A stretch of DNA of 64,000 bases, taken from positions 77,809-141,808 of the forward strand of contig JAEWOE010000002.1 of NCBI GenBank assembly GCA_023460995.1, read 5' to 3'. Positions 18,630 through 28,932 of this stretch are shown here, piece after piece (the stretch's first letter is position 1; each line of letters begins with the position of its first letter). The DNA is from Bacillota bacterium (GTDB taxonomy: Bacteria; Bacillota_I; Bacilli_A; RF39; UBA660). The notes beneath the pieces were generated by a model. It worked only from the letters and a program-made list of their open reading frames with translations, did no database searches and was not told the origin of the DNA. A program made the position numbers and the translations under genes.

Positions 18630-18659
18630 AAGAGAATATACACATGTATACTCTCTTTT
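18628..18659 (+). terminator. rho-independent terminator
   Basis: AAAAGAGAATATACA/TGTATACTCTCTTTT 15-bp stem with one mismatch, followed by a T-run. Confidence 0.6.
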
Positions 18660-18665
18660 ACTTAC

Positions 18666-18694
18666 TTGGATAAAACTTATTGTTGTGGTATAAT
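18666..18694 (+). promoter_or_regulatory. promoter TTGGAT-17-TATAAT for lspA-rluD
   Basis: Consensus-like hexamers directly after the terminator. Confidence 0.45.
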
Positions 18695-18704
18695 GGATGA
18701 GGTG

Positions 18705-19196
18705 ATGCATGTGAAAGAATTACTTAAAAATAAAACAATATATATAATTGCTTTAATATGTATTATCTTAGATCAAATAGTAAAAGTATTATTAATAAAT
18801 AGTGTACCTTTATTTGAAAGAATTCCTATTATAAATAATTTCTTTTTCCTTACAAATGTAAGAAATGAGGGAGCAGCATGGAGTATATTAAGTGGTAATA
18901 CTTATATACTAATTTTAACAGGATTTTTAGTTATATATTTATTATATAGATTTTTTATTAAAGGAAGCAGTTTAAAGAATATTGATAAAATTATTTATGG
19001 TGTTTTATATGGAGGAATTATTGGTAATTTAATTGATCGCATTTTTAGGGGATATGTAATTGATTATCTAGATTTTATAATTTTTAAGTATGATTTTCCA
19101 GTTTTTAATTTAGCAGATATTATGATTGTTGTAGCAATGTTCTTATTTGCTATTACAATATTAAGAGGTGAAGAAAATGCAAATAGTAATAAATGA
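18705..19196 (+). CDS. lspA: lipoprotein signal peptidase II
   Basis: NEGAAWSIL, DRIFRGYVIDYLDF, FPVFNLADIMIV motifs. Start is ATG 18705 or GTG 18711 after GAGGTGA. Confidence 0.85.
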   Translation: MHVKELLKNKTIYIIALICIILDQIVKVLLINSVPLFERIPIINNFFFLTNVRNEGAAWSILSGNTYILILTGFLVIYLLYRFFIKGSSLKNIDKIIYGVLYGGIIGNLIDRIFRGYVIDYLDFIIFKYDFPVFNLADIMIVVAMFLFAITILRGEENANSNK

Positions 19197-20073
19197 GGAA
19201 TTAGCTTCAAAGCGTTTAGATGTAATCATTACTGAGAGTACAGATTATTCTAGAAGTAAAGTAGCAAAATTAATAAAAGATGGCAATATTTTGTTAAATA
19301 ATAGGCAAACTAAAGCAAGTTATGTTACAAAATTAAATGATGTTATAGAGATTAACTATGTAGAAGAAGATATGACTGCAAATCCTGAAAAAATGGATTT
19401 AGATATTGTTTATGAAGATAATGATGTTATGGTTATTAATAAAGAAAATGGCGTAGTTGTTCATCCAGCACCTGGTAATTATACAGGTACACTAGTTAAT
19501 GGACTTTTATATCATTCTAATAATTTAAGTAGTGTTAATGGTGAGTTTAGACCAGGTATTGTTCATAGAATTGATGCCGATACAACTGGTTTACTTATGG
19601 TAGCAAAAAATGATAAAGCTCATGAAAAGTTAGCTAAGCAATTAGAGGAAAAAACAACACATAGAGTATATTATGCTTTAGTATGGGGTGTAATAGAAAA
19701 TGAAACGGGAACAGTTGATGCTCCAATAGGTAGAGATACTAAGGACCGTAAAAAAATGGCTGTTACTCCAGATAATAGTAAAGATGCTATAACACACTTT
19801 ACAGTTATAGAAAGATATAAGAATGCTACTTTGATAAAGTTAAAATTAGAAACTGGTCGTACCCATCAAATAAGAGTTCATATGAAGTATATTGATCATC
19901 CAGTAGTAAATGATCAAGTTTATGGTGGCAGAAAAGTATTTGATGAAACAGGTCAGTGCTTGCATGCCAAAGAATTAGGTTTTATTCATCCAACAACAGG
20001 TAAATATATGGAATTTACCAGTGAACTTCCAGAATGTTTTATAAATATTCAAGAACAATTAAAAAGTGAATAG
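19177..20073 (+). CDS. rluD: 23S rRNA pseudouridine synthase, RluA family (RluD-like)
   Basis: S4 domain N-terminus, HRIDADTTGLLMVAKN catalytic motif. Overlaps lspA end; AGAGGTGA RBS. Confidence 0.85.
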   Translation: MQIVINEELASKRLDVIITESTDYSRSKVAKLIKDGNILLNNRQTKASYVTKLNDVIEINYVEEDMTANPEKMDLDIVYEDNDVMVINKENGVVVHPAPGNYTGTLVNGLLYHSNNLSSVNGEFRPGIVHRIDADTTGLLMVAKNDKAHEKLAKQLEEKTTHRVYYALVWGVIENETGTVDAPIGRDTKDRKKMAVTPDNSKDAITHFTVIERYKNATLIKLKLETGRTHQIRVHMKYIDHPVVNDQVYGGRKVFDETGQCLHAKELGFIHPTTGKYMEFTSELPECFINIQEQLKSE

Positions 20074-20082
20074 GAGGAAAAT

Positions 20083-21222
20083 ATGGAAAATATAGTCGTA
20101 AATGAGAATGATGAATTAATAATTAAATTACTTCATTACTTCATTACAGAAGAAAATTATAGCCCAATTGTCCTAAAAGGAGCTCAAAATGAGATATGGC
20201 TAGAAAAATTAGATGGTGACTATAAGATTGTAAGATTAGTATCTAACTATATACATAATAATGAACAATTAAATGTCGATAGTTATAGAACAGAACAAAT
20301 TATAAAAAGAATTAAGAAGAAAACCATGTCTTTTAGTATGAATGCTTTAAATATATATGTTAATTTAGGAGATAATGTTGATATAAGTAAATTTGATACA
20401 CCAAGTATTGATTATGTTAATATAAAATCAGTTGAGGAATTAAATAATTTTTCATTTGTAATAGAAGAATTTCCTTCTATTACAAGAAAAGCTGTCTATA
20501 AAGAAAAAGGTATAGAGTTATTTATGAAATTGACTAGTGATATTGGAAAAAAGAATGAAGATGATGCAAAAATGGCTGAAGATGTATTTACAAAAAAAGA
20601 TCCTATTATAACTAAATTATTATTACTAATAAATACTGTTGTATTTATACTTAGTTTTGCTATGGGACAAGATGAAATTATAAGAATATTTTCGAACTTT
20701 GGACCAGCTGTTAAATCAGGTGAGTTATATAGATTAATAACTGGAGCATTTGTTCATGTTGATGCAATTCATTTCTTATTTAATATGTATGCTTTATATA
20801 TAATAGGCCCACAATTAGAAAATTTCTTTGGTAAATGGAAGTACTTAATAATTTATATAGGTAGTGCCATAGTCGGAAGCTTTCTTTCAATTATGTTTAA
20901 CCCATCAGTAGTAAGTATTGGTGCAAGTGGAGCAATATTTGGTTTACTTGGTGCACTTGTATACTTTGGTTATCACTATCGTGTATACTTAGATAGCGTT
21001 ATTAAATCTCAAATAATACCACTTATTCTTTTAAATCTATTAATAGGATTTATGAGTACTGGCATTGACAATGCAGCACATATAGGTGGTTTAATTGGTG
21101 GGGTTTTGGTTTCTATGGCAGTAGGAGTAAGATATAAATCTACAAAAGCCGAAATAACTAACGGTATAATAATGACATTAATCTTTTTTGGATTTTTGGT
21201 ATATATGACTTTTTTTAGATAA
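20083..21222 (+). CDS. rhomboid-family intramembrane serine protease with N-terminal cytoplasmic extension
   Basis: GASGAIFGLLGA (GxSG) and AAHIGGLIGG (catalytic His) in TM helices. Confidence 0.8.
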   Translation: MENIVVNENDELIIKLLHYFITEENYSPIVLKGAQNEIWLEKLDGDYKIVRLVSNYIHNNEQLNVDSYRTEQIIKRIKKKTMSFSMNALNIYVNLGDNVDISKFDTPSIDYVNIKSVEELNNFSFVIEEFPSITRKAVYKEKGIELFMKLTSDIGKKNEDDAKMAEDVFTKKDPIITKLLLLINTVVFILSFAMGQDEIIRIFSNFGPAVKSGELYRLITGAFVHVDAIHFLFNMYALYIIGPQLENFFGKWKYLIIYIGSAIVGSFLSIMFNPSVVSIGASGAIFGLLGALVYFGYHYRVYLDSVIKSQIIPLILLNLLIGFMSTGIDNAAHIGGLIGGVLVSMAVGVRYKSTKAEITNGIIMTLIFFGFLVYMTFFR

Positions 21223-21294
21223 AACATTATGTTTTATCTTTTTAATTTGACAAAATTACTATATAAGATATAATAACTTTACGAGGTGATGATT

Positions 21295-21999
21295 ATGGGT
21301 AGATATACACTTAGCCTTCAAACCTATGATAATCAAATTATAAATTTGAGATTTAATCAACAAGGAAAGTTTGAATCAAAAGTATCTTTAAGAACAATTG
21401 ATAGTTTAACAACGCAGTTTAAGGATAAAGAGAGTTTTATTGCGAGATTAAAACAAGATTATATTATTGAAGATATAAAGATTACTTATTTAGCAAATAA
21501 AATAGTAAAGAATACTTATGTAGCTTTTGAAGATAAAAAAGATTTAACAAAGATTGCCATGATTGATAAGTCTAATATAGATGTAAACAACAGTGTTTTT
21601 AATGGTCATATGTATGATTTTTTAGATATGTTAGAAGATGAAAAATTCTTTGTTTTTGCCATTAATTCTGATTTACTTACATATAAACAAAAAGAATATA
21701 TAGAGGTAAGAATTGTTGACGGAAATTATGATAAGTTTTATGAAGATAAAATTAAAAGTTATAGTAGTTCTTATTTACAATTTAGAAATATAATATTTTT
21801 AATGGAACTATATAAAATAAAAAAGCAATTACTAAAAGTAGAAATACCTGCAGTAGAGGATATAGAATATTATGATCCTGACGAAGATAATCTATATTCA
21901 GAAGAGGAAAAAAGACAGTATCAAGAATATATGGATAATTTGCCTGATGAACTTCCTGACTATTATGATGATGATTTTGAAAAAGTAAAAAGAGTTTAA
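21295..21999 (+). CDS. hypothetical protein with highly acidic C-terminus
   Basis: GAGGTGA RBS then ATG 21295; no recognisable domain. Confidence 0.5.
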   Translation: MGRYTLSLQTYDNQIINLRFNQQGKFESKVSLRTIDSLTTQFKDKESFIARLKQDYIIEDIKITYLANKIVKNTYVAFEDKKDLTKIAMIDKSNIDVNNSVFNGHMYDFLDMLEDEKFFVFAINSDLLTYKQKEYIEVRIVDGNYDKFYEDKIKSYSSSYLQFRNIIFLMELYKIKKQLLKVEIPAVEDIEYYDPDEDNLYSEEEKRQYQEYMDNLPDELPDYYDDDFEKVKRV

Positions 22000-22058
22000 A
22001 AACTCTTTTTTTTGTTTTCAAGAACAAATGTTTGTGATATAATTTATATGGTGATAGT

Positions 22059-22958
22059 ATGGAAGGGTATATAAATGATTTTATTGAGTTTCTTGAAATA
22101 GAAAAACATTATTCTAACGAGACCACAGAAAATTATAAATTAGATTTATATTTATTTTTAGAATACTGTAAAGAAAATGAAATAAGTAATTTTAATAACA
22201 TAACTTATGATGATTTAAGAAAATACTTAGTTTATTTATCAAATATAAAAAAATATTCAAATAAATCTATATCAAGACATATAAGTTCTCTTCATAGTTT
22301 ATACAATTACTTAATTGATGAGAGAGTAATTAATAGTAATACTATGAATTTAATAAATAGTCCGAAAAAAGAAATGAGACTTCCTACATATCTTACTACA
22401 AATGAACTTGAGGATATCATTAATACCCCTGATAGAACTAAGAAAGTCGGTAAAAGAGATGTATTAATACTTGAAATGTTTTATGCAACAGGTATTAGAC
22501 TTCATGAACTTGTTAATATTAAAATAAGTGATATTGACTTTAAAAACAAAAAAATAAAGATATTAGGTAAAGGGTCAAAAGAAAGATATGTTTTATATGG
22601 AGATAAGTGTAGGGATTATTTAGAAGATTATTTAAATAATTCACGAAATTATTATTTAAAGGAAGCAAGTGATTATTTATTCTTAAATCAACATGGAAAA
22701 GTACTTACTACATCTGGAATAGAATTTTTAGTTAAGAAGGTACTAAAAGAAAGTGGCACTAATCTTAAACTTACTCCCCATGTACTAAGGCATACCTTTG
22801 CCACGCATATGCTTAATGAAGGAGCAGACTTAATGACTGTAAAAGAATTATTGGGGCACTCTAATCTATCAACAACAGGAATTTACACTCATGTATCTAA
22901 CGAACATTTAAGAAAAACATATTTAAGCGCTCATCCAAGAGCAAGGAAGGAAAAATAA
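22059..22958 (+). CDS. tyrosine recombinase, XerC/XerD family
   Basis: C-terminal LRHTFATHMLNEGADLMTVKELLGHSNLSTTGIYTHV with catalytic R..H..R..Y arrangement. Confidence 0.8.
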   Translation: MEGYINDFIEFLEIEKHYSNETTENYKLDLYLFLEYCKENEISNFNNITYDDLRKYLVYLSNIKKYSNKSISRHISSLHSLYNYLIDERVINSNTMNLINSPKKEMRLPTYLTTNELEDIINTPDRTKKVGKRDVLILEMFYATGIRLHELVNIKISDIDFKNKKIKILGKGSKERYVLYGDKCRDYLEDYLNNSRNYYLKEASDYLFLNQHGKVLTTSGIEFLVKKVLKESGTNLKLTPHVLRHTFATHMLNEGADLMTVKELLGHSNLSTTGIYTHVSNEHLRKTYLSAHPRARKEK

Positions 22959-22959
22959 T

Positions 22960-23583
22960 ATGGCAAAATTATATTTTAGATATGGCGCAATGAATTGCGG
23001 AAAGACTACTGCCCTTATACAGGTGGCTTATAATTATGAAGAAAGAGATCAAAGCATTGTCTTGATAAAACCTTCAGTAGATTTAAAGGGATCTGATCAT
23101 GTAATTACAAGAACAGGTTTAAATAGAAAAGTTGATAATTTAATAAAACCAGATGAATCTATTATAGAAACATTAAAAGGAATATTTAATAAAGTCAATT
23201 GTATTTTAGTAGATGAAGCACAGTTTCTAACTGAAAAACAAATAGAAGAGTTATTTGTTATAACTAAGATATATGAAGTTCCAGTTATTTGTTATGGACT
23301 TAGAACTGATTTTAAAACTAATTCGTTTCCAGGAAGTAATAGACTTTTAGAACTTGCGGATGAACTTACTGAGCTTGCGACTATTTGTAGATGTGGTAGT
23401 AAGGCTAGATTTAATGCTAGAAAAGTAAATGGAGAGTTTGTTTCAGAAGGGGCACAAGTTGCTATAGATGAGATGGATAATGTTACCTATGAATCTGTTT
23501 GTGGTAAGTGTTATTTAGAGAAAGTCATGAACTATGAAAAAGGCAAAGTATTAACCTTTAAAAAAAATGATAAAAAAGTGTAA
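22960..23583 (+). CDS. tdk: thymidine kinase
   Basis: MNCGKTTALIQ P-loop, VDEAQFL, C-terminal CRCG...CGKC zinc ribbon. Confidence 0.9.
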   Translation: MAKLYFRYGAMNCGKTTALIQVAYNYEERDQSIVLIKPSVDLKGSDHVITRTGLNRKVDNLIKPDESIIETLKGIFNKVNCILVDEAQFLTEKQIEELFVITKIYEVPVICYGLRTDFKTNSFPGSNRLLELADELTELATICRCGSKARFNARKVNGEFVSEGAQVAIDEMDNVTYESVCGKCYLEKVMNYEKGKVLTFKKNDKKV

Positions 23584-23660
23584 AAAAGTGACAACATCAT
23601 TTTTTTTTTATTGCATCTTTGGTATAATGAAAGCGTACAACAATAGAGGGAGAGATAAAA

Positions 23661-26291
23661 TTGGAAAAATATGTTTACGCCTTTAGTGAAGGCAACAGAG
23701 ACATGCGCAATTTATTAGGTGGTAAAGGTGCTAACTTAGCAGAAATGACTAGCATCGGGCTTCCAGTACCAAGGGGATTTACTATTACAACAGAAGCTTG
23801 TAATAAATACTATGATTCTGGAAAAAAAATTGACGAAGAAGTTGAAAAACAAATTTTTGAACACTTAGCTGATCTTGAAAAAATAAGTGGTAAAAAATTT
23901 GGTGACAAGAAAAATCCACTTCTAGTTTCAGTAAGAAGTGGGGCAAGAGCATCTATGCCAGGTATGATGGATACTGTTCTTAATTTAGGTCTTACCGATG
24001 AAGTAGCAGTAGAATTTGCCAAAGAGACAGGAAACAAAAGATTTACATACGATTCATATCGTAGATTTATTCAAATGTTTGCTGATGTTGTTAAAGGATA
24101 TCCAAAATCATCATTCGAAAGAGTTCTTGATGAATTTAAAGAATCAAAAAATGCTAAATATGATACAGATTTAGATGAAAATGATATGTATGATATTACA
24201 TTTAAATTTAAAGCAATTTATAAAGAACTAGCAAAGGAAGATTTTCCACAAGATCCTAAAGTTCAACTTATGGAAGCTGTTAAAGCAGTATTTAGATCTT
24301 GGATGAATGATAGAGCAATTTATTATAGAAAAATGAATGATATACCAGCATCTTGGGGAACAGCAGTTAATGTTCAAGAAATGGTATATGGTAACTTAGG
24401 AGATGATTCTGGTACAGGTGTTGCCTTTACAAGAAATCCATCTACAGGTGAAAATAAATTATATGGCGAATATTTAATAAATGCTCAAGGAGAAGATGTT
24501 GTTGCAGGTATAAGAACTCCACAATCTATTGAAACTCTTGAAAAAGTTATGCCTGAGGTATACAAAGAATTTGTTGAAACAGCAAATATTTTAGAAAAGC
24601 ATTATAAAGATATGCAAGACATGGAATTTACAATTGAAAAAGGTAAATTATTCATGCTTCAAACAAGAAATGGTAAAAGAACTGCGCAAGCTGCAATTAA
24701 AGTAGCTGTTGATTTATATGAAGATGGTATGTTAACAAAAGAAGAAGCTCTTCTTAAAGTTGAACCAAAACAATTAGATGGATTACTTCATCCAATGTTT
24801 GATACTAAAGCATTAAAAGAAGCTAAAGTTATTGCAACAGGACTTGCGGCATCTCCAGGAGCTGGTACAGGAGAAATCTATTTCACAGCTGAAGATGTAT
24901 CAGAAGCTAAAAAAGATGGAAAGAAATGTATTCTTGTTAGATTAGAAACATCACCAGAAGATATTCAAGGTATGAATGATGCTGAAGGTATATTAACTAT
25001 TCGTGGTGGTATGACAAGTCATGCTGCAGTAGTAGCACGTGGTATGGGTAGATGTTGTGTTTCTGGATGTGGTGAACTTACTATTAATGAAGAAGCTAAA
25101 ACTTTAAAAACAAAAGATGGTCAAGTATTTAAAGAAGGAGACTATATTTCATTAGATGGTTCAACTGGTAATGTATATGGTGTCCAAATTAAAACTGTAG
25201 AACCTGAAATAAGTGGTGATTTTGAAAAATTCATGAAATTAGTGGATGAAGTAAAAGTTCTTGGTGTAAGAGCAAATGCTGATACTCCAAAAGATGCTGC
25301 TACAGCTCATAGATATGGAGCAGAAGGAATTGGTCTATGTCGTACCGAGCATATGTTCTTTGAGGAAGATAGAATATTTGCATTCCGTCAAATGATTTCT
25401 TCAGAAACAGTAGAACAAAGAGAAGAAGCTCTTGAAAAAGTACTTCCATATCAAAGAAGTGACTTTGAAGGATTATTTAGAGAAATGGCTGGATTACCTG
25501 TTATAATTCGTTATTTGGATCCACCTTTACATGAATTTTTACCTCATACTGATGAAGAAATTAAACCACTTGCTAAAGCACTTGGTATGAGTTTTGAAGC
25601 ATTAAAGACAAGAGTTGAATCATTAAAGGAATTTAATCCAATGATGGGACATCGTGGATGCCGTTTAGCAGTTACTTATCCAGAAATTGCTAGAATGCAA
25701 ACAAGAGCAGTTATTGAAGCTGCAATCAATGTTCAAAAAGAAGGAAAGATAGTAATTCCTGAAATAATGATTCCACTTATTGGTGATGCAAATGAACTCA
25801 AATATGTAAAAGATATAGTTGTTGCAACTGCTGATGAAATAATTAAAAAAGAAAATGTTAAATTACATTATCAAGTAGGAACAATGATAGAGATACCTAG
25901 AGCTGCTCTACTTGCTGATGAAATAGCTAAAGAAGCTGAATTCTTCAGTTTTGGTACAAATGATTTAACACAAATGACATTTGGTTTTTCAAGAGATGAT
26001 GCTGGTAAATTCTTAAATGAATACTACAGCAAGGGAATTTTTGAAAACGATCCATTTGCTAAATTAGATCAAAATGGTGTAGGTAAATTAATTGAAATGT
26101 CTGCAAGACTTGGTAAGCAAGCAAGACCTGACATTCAACTTGGTATATGTGGTGAACATGGTGGGGAACCATCAAGTGTTGAATTCTGCCATAAAGTAGG
26201 ATTAAACTATGTTTCATGCTCTCCATATAGAGTACCAATCGCAAGATTAGCTGCTGCACAAGCAAAAGCAAAAGAATTATTACAAAAATAA
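23661..26291 (+). CDS. ppdK: pyruvate, phosphate dikinase
   Basis: LLGGKGANLAEM, GGMTSHAAVVARGMG (phosphohistidine), C-terminal PEP-utilising domain CGEHGG. TTG start after GAGGGAG. Confidence 0.95.
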   Translation: MEKYVYAFSEGNRDMRNLLGGKGANLAEMTSIGLPVPRGFTITTEACNKYYDSGKKIDEEVEKQIFEHLADLEKISGKKFGDKKNPLLVSVRSGARASMPGMMDTVLNLGLTDEVAVEFAKETGNKRFTYDSYRRFIQMFADVVKGYPKSSFERVLDEFKESKNAKYDTDLDENDMYDITFKFKAIYKELAKEDFPQDPKVQLMEAVKAVFRSWMNDRAIYYRKMNDIPASWGTAVNVQEMVYGNLGDDSGTGVAFTRNPSTGENKLYGEYLINAQGEDVVAGIRTPQSIETLEKVMPEVYKEFVETANILEKHYKDMQDMEFTIEKGKLFMLQTRNGKRTAQAAIKVAVDLYEDGMLTKEEALLKVEPKQLDGLLHPMFDTKALKEAKVIATGLAASPGAGTGEIYFTAEDVSEAKKDGKKCILVRLETSPEDIQGMNDAEGILTIRGGMTSHAAVVARGMGRCCVSGCGELTINEEAKTLKTKDGQVFKEGDYISLDGSTGNVYGVQIKTVEPEISGDFEKFMKLVDEVKVLGVRANADTPKDAATAHRYGAEGIGLCRTEHMFFEEDRIFAFRQMISSETVEQREEALEKVLPYQRSDFEGLFREMAGLPVIIRYLDPPLHEFLPHTDEEIKPLAKALGMSFEALKTRVESLKEFNPMMGHRGCRLAVTYPEIARMQTRAVIEAAINVQKEGKIVIPEIMIPLIGDANELKYVKDIVVATADEIIKKENVKLHYQVGTMIEIPRAALLADEIAKEAEFFSFGTNDLTQMTFGFSRDDAGKFLNEYYSKGIFENDPFAKLDQNGVGKLIEMSARLGKQARPDIQLGICGEHGGEPSSVEFCHKVGLNYVSCSPYRVPIARLAAAQAKAKELLQK

Positions 26292-26316
26292 GAGAGTCGA
26301 AAAAACTCTCTTTTTC
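26291..26316 (+). terminator. rho-independent terminator after ppdK
   Basis: AGAGAGT-CGAAAAA-ACTCTCT then TTTT. Confidence 0.65.
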
Positions 26317-26375
26317 TTGACTATTTTTTTAACTTGTTATATTATATTATTAGATGATATGGGAGGGTATAACAT

Positions 26376-27128
26376 ATGAAATTTAAAAACGGAAAGAAAT
26401 TTTTAATGGTTTTATGTGCAGCTTTTATTCTAACGGGATGTGCTTCAAAAGATTTGAAAAATGCATATAATAAAATGAGTGTTGGGGATGGGAAGGACCA
26501 AATAAACGGTTATTCATTAAGTATTAGACTATTTGGTTTATATAACGATGAAAAGGTTAATCAATCAATAAGAATTCAAAATTATTTAGGTGATAATTAT
26601 AAAGTAGTTGATTCAAGTAATGAAGAAATTACATATTATGTAGTTGATGGTAAGAAATTTAAATCAGTTGCTAAGGAAGCAAAAAATGTTGATGATGATT
26701 ATAACACAAATGGATTTCAAACAGGTTTTGATACTACTAAAACAGTTACTACTTATGAAGAAACTGATGATGTACCATTTGTTGATACTGATTTATACTT
26801 AACTAGTTTAAAATCAGCCAAAAAAATAAGTGATTCTTCAGAAGAAAAAATAGGTGATTTATCATATACTACTTATGAATATACAGTAGCTAAAAAGACA
26901 ATGGTTAAGATTTTAACTGGATCTGTTTTAAAAGATATAGAATTTAAAACTGATATTCCAGCAAAAGTATGGATTGATAGTGATGGATATGTATATAAAA
27001 TAGAATATGATTTAGCAAAAGGTATAGAATCTGAAAGTACTTTATCTTTGAATGTTTACTATAATGCTGTTAATAATTCAAATGAGATTAGTATTGATGA
27101 AGTAAATTTACAAAATAGTGATAAATAA
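26376..27128 (+). CDS. hypothetical lipoprotein
   Basis: Signal peptide with lipobox LTGC. Confidence 0.6.
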   Translation: MKFKNGKKFLMVLCAAFILTGCASKDLKNAYNKMSVGDGKDQINGYSLSIRLFGLYNDEKVNQSIRIQNYLGDNYKVVDSSNEEITYYVVDGKKFKSVAKEAKNVDDDYNTNGFQTGFDTTKTVTTYEETDDVPFVDTDLYLTSLKSAKKISDSSEEKIGDLSYTTYEYTVAKKTMVKILTGSVLKDIEFKTDIPAKVWIDSDGYVYKIEYDLAKGIESESTLSLNVYYNAVNNSNEISIDEVNLQNSDK

Positions 27129-27154
27129 AATTGTATGAAAATACAATTTTTTTG
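27128..27154 (+). terminator. rho-independent terminator
   Basis: AAATTGTAT-GAAA-ATACAATTT then TTTTT. Confidence 0.6.
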
Positions 27155-27228
27155 TTTAATACGACAAATATTGACTATTTTTTCTATTTGTTATATCCTA
27201 AATATAGATTAGAATAGTAGGTATAAAT

Positions 27229-28917
27229 ATGAAAAATAAAATAGGTTTTACATTAATTGAATTACTTGCAATTATAGTTTTAATTGGTTTGATAGCGTTA
27301 GTTATAACTCCAAAAATAAAAGAAACTTTAACTAAACAAGAGATGAAATCGTTTGAAACAGGTGTTGAAGGAATAATAAAAGCAGTAAAACAAGATATTG
27401 TTAATAATTCTAGCTTTAATTCATCAACTTCTAACTATAGAGCATACTCTTATGGTGCAGATGGATTATATTTAACTGTCTCAGGAAATCAAGCGGTTGA
27501 ATCTAGTGTAAGTATATCAGGTAATATAAAAAATGGTTTTGGCACAGTAATTGCCACAAATAATTCTGATATTATTTTGGCTGTACATGACGATAAATTT
27601 TGTGCTAAAAAAAGTGCTGATGATACAAATATTACAGTTGAAGAGTATACAGGGAGTTGCATAAATGACGAAATTAGTATTCCTGAAGTAACTTCATGTT
27701 ATATTTATGATACTAACCCAGATGATACACTAACTATAACTGGATATAAATATGAGGATAGTACATGTTCAAAGGATCTAATCATTCCTAATAAAATTAA
27801 TGGTAAAAAGGTATCGAAAATTGCGAATTTTGCTTTTGTTGATGCTGAAGTTATATTAGCTAGTTATATAGACTATGATGCTGAAGGAAATGAACATTGG
27901 TATGACGAATTTTTAGACAATATTCCTGATGGTAAAGATATTGTTTGGTTTGAGACTACGAATTTAGCTAATATTAATAGTAAATATTGTTATACTGATA
28001 TGGATGAAGAAAATGAAGCTGATGTTGGATTAAGTTATATTCATACTGAAGGTGATGGATATTATGGTTGTGAATATGATTTTGCCCAGTTAGGTGATTT
28101 AGGAAAAAATAATTACAATATTCAAAGTATTGATTTTTCTCATGCTACGGAGTTAACAGAGATACCTTTAGGTCTTGCTTTTAGTTCAACTATTTCTTCT
28201 ATAAATATAGGTAGTTATATTTATAGCGTTAATTCCTTTGCTTTTGCAGATAATTTCATATCAAGTTTATCTATTCCAGCCAATATAACTTCAATAGGTA
28301 CTTTTGCATTTTATGAAAATAATATTAATAGTTTAGATCTATCTTTGGCAACTTCCTTAAAAGATATAAAGGCCGGAGTTTTTGCTGGAAATATGTTAAA
28401 TAACTTAACCATAAAAAATTTAAATAATTTAGAAAGCATATCTGGTGGTGAATGGGGATCATTTGAAGAAAATTTTCTAACATCAGTTACGCTTGAAAAC
28501 TTGCCCAATTTAACTAATATTGGTCAGTTTGGTGACTCATACGGACCATTTAATTATAATTCTATAACTTCGCTAACTCTTTCTAACTTACCTAATTTAA
28601 CTACAATTGGTGCATGGGCATTTTATGATAATAAAATAGCTAGTTTGAACCTAGTAAATTCTCTTACTTCAATTGGGGAAGGCGCGTTTGCCGCCAATAA
28701 TTTAACTAGTGTTACTATTCCATCTAATGTTACTGTAATCGATGATAAAGCTTTTGCTAAGTGTGGTTGTGGTGAAGGCTCAGATAATGCTGATTTAGTT
28801 GCAATTCAAAATAAAACAGGAAGAAGTTTTGACTGGTCAAAAATTATAGGAGTTGGTAGTACAGCTACATGTTCATTTATAACTGGAACATGCAGTACTG
28901 TAAATATAACTGGATAA
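27229..28917 (+). CDS. prepilin-type (type IV pilin-like N-terminus) protein fused to BspA-like leucine-rich-repeat surface domain
   Basis: MKNKIG/FTLIELLAIIVLIGLIAL class III signal with Glu+5. Repeated IPxNxTSIGxxAF LRR units in the C-terminal half. Confidence 0.65.
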   Translation: MKNKIGFTLIELLAIIVLIGLIALVITPKIKETLTKQEMKSFETGVEGIIKAVKQDIVNNSSFNSSTSNYRAYSYGADGLYLTVSGNQAVESSVSISGNIKNGFGTVIATNNSDIILAVHDDKFCAKKSADDTNITVEEYTGSCINDEISIPEVTSCYIYDTNPDDTLTITGYKYEDSTCSKDLIIPNKINGKKVSKIANFAFVDAEVILASYIDYDAEGNEHWYDEFLDNIPDGKDIVWFETTNLANINSKYCYTDMDEENEADVGLSYIHTEGDGYYGCEYDFAQLGDLGKNNYNIQSIDFSHATELTEIPLGLAFSSTISSINIGSYIYSVNSFAFADNFISSLSIPANITSIGTFAFYENNINSLDLSLATSLKDIKAGVFAGNMLNNLTIKNLNNLESISGGEWGSFEENFLTSVTLENLPNLTNIGQFGDSYGPFNYNSITSLTLSNLPNLTTIGAWAFYDNKIASLNLVNSLTSIGEGAFAANNLTSVTIPSNVTVIDDKAFAKCGCGEGSDNADLVAIQNKTGRSFDWSKIIGVGSTATCSFITGTCSTVNITG

Positions 28918-28932
28918 TAAAAAAAGAAGAAA

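Noticed and set aside
22059-22958. Tyrosine recombinase as marker of an integrated mobile element
   Set aside because: The protein is XerC/XerD-like (SAM-like N-domain, housekeeping neighbours tdk and ppdK). No flanking direct repeats, tRNA or phage or IS genes were seen, so it was called a chromosome-dimer-resolution type recombinase rather than an integrase.
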